Part shown: piece by piece, positions 1 to 7,546 of the stretch | Layout of the letters: each line of letters begins with the position of its first letter | Numbering within the stretch: position 1 is the first letter of the stretch | Assembly (NCBI RefSeq): GCF_000012805.1 | Contig: NC_007484.1 | Span: 60,001 to 92,000, forward strand | Direction: 5' to 3' | Source: Nitrosococcus oceani ATCC 19707 | GTDB lineage: Bacteria; Pseudomonadota; Gammaproteobacteria; Nitrosococcales; Nitrosococcaceae | Length of the DNA stretch: 32,000 bases | The notes under the pieces: model-generated | The model's input: only the letters and a program-made list of their open reading frames with translations | Database searches by the model: none | What the model was told of the DNA's origin: nothing | Program-made: the position numbers and the translations under genes

Positions 1-72
1 CAAGAAAGCCTGTTCCAGACCAGACTGGTTCCCGCCGAAGCGGGCTCCGGCAGGCTATTCGACGAAGAACTG

Positions 73-2832
73 GTGGCTGGTTCGGATGGGCCTGTAAAGT
101 GTCTTGGTCTTGAGTTTGAAAACGACGAAGCCCGTCGCACCCACTTTACCGAGGAGCTGCGCAAGAAGCTGCAGGACCCGGAGTTCCGCAAGATCGAAGG
201 TTTTCCCATCGGCAGCGACGAGGACATCCTGAACCTGAGTGATCCGCCATATTACACCGCCTGCCCGAACCCATGGATCGCCGACTTCATCACCGAGTGG
301 GAGGCGCAAAAGCCGGAACAGCCCGAAGGCTATCACTATCACCGTGAGCCTTTTGCCGCCGATGTCAGCGAAGGAAAAAACGACCCGATTTACAATGCCC
401 ACTCTTATCATACCAAAGTGCCGCACAAGGCAATCATGCGGTACATCCTCCACTACACGGAGCCAGGAGACATCGTTTTTGACGGCTTCTGTGGTACTGG
501 CATGACAGGAGTGGCCGCGCAGATGTGTGGCGACCGTGAAGTGGTCATGTCGCTCGGCTACCAGTTGAAGCCGGACGGGACCATTTTGCAGGAAGAGATG
601 GACGAAGATGGCAAAAAGGTTTGGCGACCATTTTCAAAACTGGGCGTCCGCAGAGCCGTACTGAACGACCTTTCACCGGCGGCGACGTTCCTTGCGCATA
701 ACTACAACCTTTATGTTGATACGGCATCATTTGAAAATGAAGCTAAGAAATTCATCAAAATAATCGAGCGAGAATGTGGATGGATGTATGAAACAACTCA
801 TACAGACGGGGTGACCAAGGCGAAAGTGAACTACACAATCTGGTCAGATGTATTTGTCTGTCCTGATTGCACTAATGAGATTGTATTCTGGGATGTTGCA
901 GTCGACAAAGAATCTGAGACAGTAAACGATGAGTTTCAATGTCCTAATTGCCAGACCAGCTTAACAAAGCGCAATATGGACCGTGCTTGGGTTACCACTT
1001 ATGACCGATTCTTGGGAGAGACGATTCGGCAGGCCAAGCAGATACCTGCTTTGATCAATTATAGCGTTGGTGGGAAACGATATGAGAAGAAACCTGACGA
1101 GGGTGACTTCGCAATTTTGGAGAAGATAGAAAACGAAGGATTAGACGGATGGTTTCCCATCAATCGCATGATTGAGGGGCATGAGTCTAGGAGAAATGAT
1201 CCGGTTGGTATCACGCACACTCATCACTTTTATTCACCTCGAAATCTATCAGTGATGTCGAAGATTTTGGATTTGGCTGACAAATCTGAATTTACTCCCT
1301 TCAAATTCGGTTTTCTGAATACCTCTTGGCACGCCACGCAGATGAGGCAATACAACCCAGGTGGCGGGCACAGACCTAGAACGGGTACTTTGTATATGCC
1401 TTCCATCCATAGTGAAGGTAACATGATTCCCGTTTACAAGAAAAAGCTGAACCAGCTTGTTCAGTTTTATAAAGTCAAGTCTCATCGAAATAGGGTTGCC
1501 ATTATTCAGACCATGTCGTCTACGGTGGAATCATCTATCGAAGCGGGTTTGGACTATGTATTCATTGATCCGCCTTTCGGCGCAAATCTGAACTACTCAG
1601 AACTAAATTCAATATGGGAGGCATGGCTTAAAGTAAGTACGAATAATGCCGAGGAGGCAATTGAGAATAGGTCACAGAACAAGGGGATTGATGAATACCG
1701 ATCTCTTATGACTCAGTGCTTTCGACAGGCATACAACCAATTGAAACCTGGGCGCTGGATGACTGTAGAGTTTTCTAATACAAGCGCTGGTATTTGGAAC
1801 AATATTCAGACGGCAATATCAGACGCTGGATTTATTGTCGCGAATGTCTCTGTTCTAAATAAAAAGCAGGGGTCGATAATGGCTTACACTACCCCCACTG
1901 CTGTCAAACAAGACCTCGTTATCTCAGCCTACAAACCCAACGGCGGTTTTGAAGAGCGCTTTCAGAAAGAGGCGCAAACCGAAGAAGGTGTGTGGGATTT
2001 TGTCCGAACCCACCTAAAGTATCTGCCGGTCACCAAGCAACAGGGAGCCTTGCTGCAGTTCGTCCCGGAACGCGATCCGCGCATCCTGTTCGACCAAATG
2101 GTGGCCTACTACGTCCGCAAGGGCTACCCCGTGCCGATCTCGAGCCAGGAGTTCCAGATTGGGCTGTCGCAGCGTTTCATCGAGCGCGACGGCATGTTTT
2201 TCCTGCCGGATCAGGTGGCCGAATACGACCGCAAGAAGATGACCTCGGGCGAACTTAAGCAGATGTCCATGTTCGTCTCTGACGAGGCATCCGCCATCCA
2301 GTGGCTCCACCAGCTCATCAAGGAAAAGCCGCAGACCTTCTCCGACATCAATCCGCAGTTTATGCAGCAGCTCGGCGGCTGGAGCAAAAACGAGGCCCAG
2401 CTCGACCTGCGTGAACTGCTGAACCAAAACTTCCTCAGCTACGACGGCAAAGGCCCGGTACCCGAGCAGATCCACGCCTACCTCTCCACCAATTGGAAAG
2501 AACTGCGCAACCTGCCCAAGGACGACCCGACTCTGGTCGCCAAGGCCCGCGACCGCTGGTACGTGCCCGATCCAAATAAGGCGGGCGACCTGGAGAAACT
2601 GCGCGAGAAGGCACTGCTCAAGGAGTTCGAGGAATACAAAGAGGTCAAAAAGAAACTCAAGGTCTTCCGCCTGGAAGCTGTCCGCGCCGGATTCAAGAAA
2701 GCCTGGCAGGAACGCGACTACGCCGTCATCGTCGCCGTGGCCGACAAGATCCCCAACAACGTCCTGGAAGAAGATCCCAAGCTGCTCATGTGGTACGACC
2801 AGGCGGTAACAAGAATGGGAGGCGGTGACTAG
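73..2832 (+). CDS. pglXI: BREX type 3 DNA methyltransferase, PglXI-like (N6/N4-type MTase with a large Zn-ribbon-containing insert)
   Basis: 919-aa ORF. The frame stays open back to nt 1 and nt 73 is GTG, so the true start may lie upstream of the window. AdoMet-binding motif FDGFCGTGMTG (aa ~136). Catalytic-type motif IDPPFG (aa ~499), plus an N-terminal SDPPYY (aa 56-61). CPDC...CPNC four-Cys ribbon at aa ~263-293. It lies directly upstream of an SNF2 helicase and PglZ, as in the published type 3 BREX gene order. Confidence 0.8.
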   Translation: MAGSDGPVKCLGLEFENDEARRTHFTEELRKKLQDPEFRKIEGFPIGSDEDILNLSDPPYYTACPNPWIADFITEWEAQKPEQPEGYHYHREPFAADVSEGKNDPIYNAHSYHTKVPHKAIMRYILHYTEPGDIVFDGFCGTGMTGVAAQMCGDREVVMSLGYQLKPDGTILQEEMDEDGKKVWRPFSKLGVRRAVLNDLSPAATFLAHNYNLYVDTASFENEAKKFIKIIERECGWMYETTHTDGVTKAKVNYTIWSDVFVCPDCTNEIVFWDVAVDKESETVNDEFQCPNCQTSLTKRNMDRAWVTTYDRFLGETIRQAKQIPALINYSVGGKRYEKKPDEGDFAILEKIENEGLDGWFPINRMIEGHESRRNDPVGITHTHHFYSPRNLSVMSKILDLADKSEFTPFKFGFLNTSWHATQMRQYNPGGGHRPRTGTLYMPSIHSEGNMIPVYKKKLNQLVQFYKVKSHRNRVAIIQTMSSTVESSIEAGLDYVFIDPPFGANLNYSELNSIWEAWLKVSTNNAEEAIENRSQNKGIDEYRSLMTQCFRQAYNQLKPGRWMTVEFSNTSAGIWNNIQTAISDAGFIVANVSVLNKKQGSIMAYTTPTAVKQDLVISAYKPNGGFEERFQKEAQTEEGVWDFVRTHLKYLPVTKQQGALLQFVPERDPRILFDQMVAYYVRKGYPVPISSQEFQIGLSQRFIERDGMFFLPDQVAEYDRKKMTSGELKQMSMFVSDEASAIQWLHQLIKEKPQTFSDINPQFMQQLGGWSKNEAQLDLRELLNQNFLSYDGKGPVPEQIHAYLSTNWKELRNLPKDDPTLVAKARDRWYVPDPNKAGDLEKLREKALLKEFEEYKEVKKKLKVFRLEAVRAGFKKAWQERDYAVIVAVADKIPNNVLEEDPKLLMWYDQAVTRMGGGD

Positions 2833-3705
2833 ATGCTGATCCCTATTGGCACCATTAGAAGTAATTGCAATGGCTTTGACGCCATCGCTGAAATTGCGGT
2901 CAAAACGAAAAATGTTTGGTTGGATTCTGTTGAATTCGATCTTTCATTCTGCAGTTTTTTCGAGGCCAATATGGCGGCACCGCTATATGCCGTTATTGCG
3001 CGGCTTCGTGATGAGCTGAATGATGTGACCATTACCAATGTGCCAGCAGGAGTAAGTACAATTCTTCGGAAAAACAAATTCTTGAGCGTATTCAGTCAGC
3101 CTGAGTTGACAGACACCAATCAGACAACACTACCATTCAAGATTCTTAAACTTACCGCTGGAGATCAGTTTAACGATTATCTTGATACTTATATGCGAGG
3201 AAGAGGTATTCCGGCCATGTCGGAAGCATTAACCAAACGCTTTAGGCAAAGTCTGTTCGAAATATTTCTGAATGCGACCATTCATTCTCAATCGAAAGCC
3301 GGGATTTTTGTCTGCGGGCAATTTTATCCAAATAAGCATCGACTGGATTTTACCATTGCCGATGCTGGAGTCGGGATCAGGGAAAACGTACGAAGATATA
3401 CTCGGAAACAAAAACTCAATTCCTGCAAGGCCATTGAATGGGCTATGACAGAGGGCAATACCACAAAAACCGGAAATCAGCCGGGAGGTCTTGGATTGAA
3501 GCTCATCAAAGATTTTATTCAGATGAATGGCGGAAAAATTCAGGTTGTATCAAGGTACGGATACTACGATTTCTCTGCAAATGGTGAGTCTATTCGAAAA
3601 ATGAGCAACGATTTCCCCGGAACTTGCATAAATATTGAAATTAACACTGAAGATACAAGCAGTTACTGCTTGAAGTCAGAACTGAAAAGTGAAGACATCT
3701 TCTAG
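2833..3705 (+). CDS. GHKL-superfamily (histidine-kinase-like / SpoIIAB-RsbW-like) ATP-binding protein with an uncharacterised ~140-aa N-terminal region
   Basis: Bergerat-fold boxes are visible: N box FLNATIHS, G1 box IADAGVGI, G2 box GNQPGGLGLKLI. The ATG at 2833 abuts the pglXI stop (TAGATG at 2830-2835). A 60-nt sample at 2881-2940 has 24/60 G+C. Confidence 0.7.
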   Translation: MLIPIGTIRSNCNGFDAIAEIAVKTKNVWLDSVEFDLSFCSFFEANMAAPLYAVIARLRDELNDVTITNVPAGVSTILRKNKFLSVFSQPELTDTNQTTLPFKILKLTAGDQFNDYLDTYMRGRGIPAMSEALTKRFRQSLFEIFLNATIHSQSKAGIFVCGQFYPNKHRLDFTIADAGVGIRENVRRYTRKQKLNSCKAIEWAMTEGNTTKTGNQPGGLGLKLIKDFIQMNGGKIQVVSRYGYYDFSANGESIRKMSNDFPGTCINIEINTEDTSSYCLKSELKSEDIF

Positions 3706-3722
3706 CGATTTAAGGAGTTACT

Positions 3723-4097
3723 ATGAACGATCAAGTCAAAATAAAGGTTGCGGATCTGATAGGCAGTTCGCTCTGCATATCCGCCGAGGATGGCCAGAAA
3801 GTATTCGGCAAGGTAGAGCAACTGGTGAGAGAGGGGAAGCAGGTTACCATTTCATTTGAAAATGTAACTATGCTGATCTCGCTCTTTCTCAATGTGGCAA
3901 TTGGTCAGCTCTATGGTTCTTTTGGTGAGGAAACTATTCGAGCTCAGTTGAAAGTTGAGGGACTTTCCTCTGATGACATGGAACTGCTCAAGCGTGTTGT
4001 TGATAATGCAAAGAAGTATTATTCCAACAAAAAATCTTATGATGACGCGTGGCTGGAGGAAGACAACAATCTGGAGGAAGACAACAATGAAGAATAA
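3723..4097 (+). CDS. STAS-like (DUF4325-type) small protein, possible anti-anti-sigma-like partner of the upstream ATPase
   Basis: 124 aa. AAGGAG Shine-Dalgarno at 3712-3717. The pattern V..ISFENVTMLISLFLNVAIGQL resembles the core of STAS-like DUF4325 proteins, which typically sit beside an ATP-binding protein. Acidic repetitive tail EEDNNLEEDNNEE. Confidence 0.55.
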   Translation: MNDQVKIKVADLIGSSLCISAEDGQKVFGKVEQLVREGKQVTISFENVTMLISLFLNVAIGQLYGSFGEETIRAQLKVEGLSSDDMELLKRVVDNAKKYYSNKKSYDDAWLEEDNNLEEDNNEE

Positions 4098-4638
4098 GGC
4101 TTATGATCTGTCCTCCTATTCCTTCAGTTCAGATGAGCAGGTTCTCGTTGATACAAATGTCTGGCTTTACCTGTTCCCTGCACCAGGAAATCCGCCACAT
4201 AATTTTGCCCAACAATATTCGACTGCTTTTGCAAACTTGGTGTCTGCACAAGCTCGGCCTGTTCTCGATCCAATGGTTTTGAGCGAATACCTTAACCGGT
4301 ACATAAGAATCGAGTGGGAAGGACATTATAGATCCCACTATCCTAAATTTAAGGATTTCAGAAACTCGGCAGATTTCTCAACAGTTGCATCATCCGCAGA
4401 AACCTTTGCCAAAAGGATCCTAAGTTTCTGCCAAATTCATTCAATACCTGCCAACGAACTGGATCTTAATCAGGCATTGTCTGACTTTTCGACCGGTGGA
4501 GTCGACTTTAACGATGCTCTCTTGGTGGATATCTGTAAAAAGAGGAATATCAAATTGATGACCAACGACGGTGATTTCCAGGATGGCGGCATCGAAGTAT
4601 TAACCACAAATCCACGCCTTTTACGAGCTTGTCCATAA
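4087..4638 (+). CDS. PIN-domain protein (putative ribonuclease/nuclease effector)
   Basis: The ORF-track entry 3955..4638 was trimmed to the internal ATG at 4087 (MKNKAYD...). The upstream part overlaps the STAS gene out of frame. N-terminal VLVDTNVWLYLF (first PIN acidic residue) and C-terminal LMTNDGDF (last PIN acidic motif). It overlaps the STAS stop by 11 nt. Confidence 0.65.
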   Translation: MKNKAYDLSSYSFSSDEQVLVDTNVWLYLFPAPGNPPHNFAQQYSTAFANLVSAQARPVLDPMVLSEYLNRYIRIEWEGHYRSHYPKFKDFRNSADFSTVASSAETFAKRILSFCQIHSIPANELDLNQALSDFSTGGVDFNDALLVDICKKRNIKLMTNDGDFQDGGIEVLTTNPRLLRACP

Positions 4639-4648
4639 AGGATTCACT

Positions 4649-7546
4649 TTGGAATCAATGCCTTGGCAATACAGCACCGTTCATAACAGCGCCTGTAAGG
4701 TCATCGAAGAACAGACCTTATGGGGGCAGGCCGTGTGCCGTATCTGGTTGCCGAACCAGGACGCGGTGGTGCGCGTGCCCCGCTCCGCCTTACGGCCGCT
4801 GAGTGCCGACCTGCAACCGGAGATCGAGGCTGGACGCATTGCCTATGTGGCCGCCGCAGCCAAGGTGGCCGAGGTGCTCGAAGGCTCCACCAGCGCCACT
4901 GACGGTCATGTATTGCTGGCTCCCATGGAGTCCAATGTTATCCCGCTGCCGCACCAGATCCACGCCTTGTCCCGGGCTATCTCCGGCGACCGTGTGCGCT
5001 ACCTGTTGGCCGACGAGGTGGGCCTCGGCAAGACCATCGAGGCCGGTCTAGTCATGCGCGAGCTCAAGCTGCGCGGACTGGTTCGGCGAATCCTGGTCGT
5101 CTCTCCCAAAGGCATCGCTACCCAGTGGGTGGCGGAAATGCAGACCCACTTCAATGAGCAGTTCCAGCTCGTGCTGGGTGATGACATCAGCACCTTGCAG
5201 CGCCTGGCCCCAGGGGCGGACCACCGGAACTCAGCCTGGTCGATGTTCGATCAGGTCATCGTTCCCCTGGATTCGGTCAAGCCCATGGACAAGCGGCGGG
5301 GTTGGACCGCCGGGCGCGTTGCCGAATACAATCGCAGCCGGTTCGAGGATCTGATCACTGCTGGTTGGGATCTGGTAGTGGTGGACGAAGCGCACCGCCT
5401 GGGTGGCAGTACCGATCAGGTCGCCCGCTATAAGCTCGGCAAGGGCCTGGCGGAGGCCGCGCCCTATGTACTGCTCCTTTCGGCTACGCCCCACCAGGGG
5501 AAGACCGATGCTTTCCATCGCTTGATGAACCTGCTGGATGAGGACGCCTTCCCGGATATGGACAGCGTTTCCCGCGACCGGGTGGCTCCTTACGTCATCC
5601 GCACGGAAAAACGGAAGGCCATCGATGCCGATGGCAAGCCCCTCTTCAAAGCCCGGCGCACGCAGATGGCCCCGGTAGTCTGGGAGAGCCGTCATCACCT
5701 GCAGCAGCTCCTCTATGAGGCGGTGACCGACTATGTGCGCGAGGGCTACAACCAGGCTCTGCGCGAGAAGAAGCGCCACATCGGCTTTCTGATGATCCTG
5801 ATGCAGCGCCTGGTGGTCTCTAGCACCCGAGCAATCCGCACCACTTTGGAGCGTCGGCTCGCGGCACTTAAGGAAGGCGAGCAGCAAGCCAGCCTGCGCC
5901 TAGCGGAGCTGGAAAACAGTGCGGGGGGATCGGAAAACACAGACGATGAAATAACCGAGCTCTACGACATGGACGGCCAGGAGTTGCTCGATGAACTGCT
6001 GAAATCCCATGTGTTGGCTCTACAGAGCGAAGGCAGTCATGTGGAGACTTTGCTAGATGCGGCGGTTCGCTGCGAGCAGGCGGGGCCGGACGCCAAGGCC
6101 GAGGCGTTGATCGAGTGGATCTACGAGTTGCAAGCCGAGGAAAACGAGCCGGATCTGAAAGTGTTGATCTTCACTGAGTTCGTACCGACCCAGGAGATGC
6201 TGAAGGAGTTTCTGGAAGCCCGGGGAATCTCGGTGGTCACCCTGAACGGCTCCATGGATATGGAGGTACGTGGGGCAGCCCAGGATACCTTCCGTAAATC
6301 GCACCGCGTGCTGCTTTCCACCGATGCGGGCGGTGAGGGTCTAAACTTGCAGTTCGCCCATGTCATCATCAACTACGACATCCCCTGGAACCCGATGCGG
6401 TTGGAGCAGCGAATCGGCCGCGTGGACCGTATCGGCCAGCCCAAGATGGTGCGAGCGATCAACTTCGTGTTTGAAGATTCGGTCGAGTTTCGCGTTCGCG
6501 AAGTGTTGGAACAGAAGCTCTCGGTGATCTTTGACGAGTTCGGCATCGATAAGACTGGTGACGTGCTTGACTCAGCTCAGGCCGGCGAGTTGTTCGAGGA
6601 TGTGTTCGCGCAGGCGTTCGCCAACCCTGATGGTATTGAAACTTCCGTCGATCAGACGGTGACTCGGATTCGCGATGAGATTCAGCAGGTGCGGGAGTCC
6701 TCCGCCATCTATGGCATTTCCGAAGAACTGAATGTGCAGGCGGCTGAGCAGCTGCGCTCCCATCCGCTGCCCCACTGGGTGGAGCGGATGACGGTGGGCT
6801 ATCTCAATTCCCACGGCGGCACAGCCAGCCGTAAACGCTCCTGGTGGGATCTAAATTGGCCGGACGGTCAGGAGCATCGCAAGGCCGTGTTCAATGCCCG
6901 GGAAGCGGACCGGCTGACCGATGCAACCCTGCTCAATCTTGAAAACAGCCGTGTCCGTGGGCTGGCCTTGAACCTGCCGCAGATCGCGGCGGGCCAGCCA
7001 TTGCCTTGCGTAAGCGTGAGCGGTCTGCCAACCAGCATCTCCGGTCTCTGGGGACTCTTTGAGATCCGCCTTCAGGCCGGAATGCACCAGAAGACACAAC
7101 TCCTGCGCATCCCCATGGTGCGGCGCGGTTATGTCAGCGTGTTCCTGAGCGAGGAAGGCAAACTGTTTCTGCCCACGGCCCGGCATATCTGGGATGCGCT
7201 GCAGACAGCGGAAGCCCAGGTGCAAGCCACCCTCGGGCGAGATGAATCCATCACCGCCCATGAGCGTTTGCGGATTGCTGCCGAACAGGCCGGACAGGAG
7301 CTGTTTGACGCCTTGCAGCAGGTACATCTTGCCGCTGTGGCTTACGAGGAGGAACGCGGAATTGTCTCCTTTGCCTCGCGCCGCAAGGCCATCGAACGGG
7401 TTGGATTGCCGGAGGTGCGGCAATTCAGGCTGGCCCGTTGCGACGCAGAAGAATCCGAATGGCGACATGAACTGCAATCGGCGCGGCAGATCGTGCCGGA
7501 AATCCGGTCGCTGCTGATGCTGCGGATTATCAAAAGAGGCGCTTAA
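4649..7546 (+). CDS. brxHII: SNF2-family (SF2) helicase, BREX type 3 BrxHII
   Basis: Helicase motifs LLADEVGLGKTIEAG (I), VVVDEAHRL (II), LLLSATPHQG (III), LLSTDAGGEGLNLQ (V), WNPMRLEQRIGRVDRIGQ (VI). Start is TTG 4649 or ATG 4658. The stop overlaps the pglZ ATG (TAATG at 7544-7548). Confidence 0.85.
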   Translation: MESMPWQYSTVHNSACKVIEEQTLWGQAVCRIWLPNQDAVVRVPRSALRPLSADLQPEIEAGRIAYVAAAAKVAEVLEGSTSATDGHVLLAPMESNVIPLPHQIHALSRAISGDRVRYLLADEVGLGKTIEAGLVMRELKLRGLVRRILVVSPKGIATQWVAEMQTHFNEQFQLVLGDDISTLQRLAPGADHRNSAWSMFDQVIVPLDSVKPMDKRRGWTAGRVAEYNRSRFEDLITAGWDLVVVDEAHRLGGSTDQVARYKLGKGLAEAAPYVLLLSATPHQGKTDAFHRLMNLLDEDAFPDMDSVSRDRVAPYVIRTEKRKAIDADGKPLFKARRTQMAPVVWESRHHLQQLLYEAVTDYVREGYNQALREKKRHIGFLMILMQRLVVSSTRAIRTTLERRLAALKEGEQQASLRLAELENSAGGSENTDDEITELYDMDGQELLDELLKSHVLALQSEGSHVETLLDAAVRCEQAGPDAKAEALIEWIYELQAEENEPDLKVLIFTEFVPTQEMLKEFLEARGISVVTLNGSMDMEVRGAAQDTFRKSHRVLLSTDAGGEGLNLQFAHVIINYDIPWNPMRLEQRIGRVDRIGQPKMVRAINFVFEDSVEFRVREVLEQKLSVIFDEFGIDKTGDVLDSAQAGELFEDVFAQAFANPDGIETSVDQTVTRIRDEIQQVRESSAIYGISEELNVQAAEQLRSHPLPHWVERMTVGYLNSHGGTASRKRSWWDLNWPDGQEHRKAVFNAREADRLTDATLLNLENSRVRGLALNLPQIAAGQPLPCVSVSGLPTSISGLWGLFEIRLQAGMHQKTQLLRIPMVRRGYVSVFLSEEGKLFLPTARHIWDALQTAEAQVQATLGRDESITAHERLRIAAEQAGQELFDALQQVHLAAVAYEEERGIVSFASRRKAIERVGLPEVRQFRLARCDAEESEWRHELQSARQIVPEIRSLLMLRIIKRGA

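Noticed and set aside
55-453. 132-aa minus-strand ORF, and the many similar antisense or out-of-frame ORFs inside large genes. Examples: 2014..2475, 5231..5887, 6851..7477, 16241..16777, 16883..17461, 20275..20742, 20990..21358, 22644..23012, 23708..24064, 24690..25019.
   Set aside because: All lie wholly inside long ORFs that carry strong family motifs on the other strand or frame. Their products are Arg/Pro/Gly-rich and low-complexity, as expected for shadow ORFs in GC-rich coding DNA.
3955-4086. Upstream extension of the PIN ORF (track start 3955).
   Set aside because: It overlaps the STAS-like gene out of frame and encodes a sequence with no PIN similarity. The ATG at 4087 gives the typical short lead-in to the VLVDTNVW motif.
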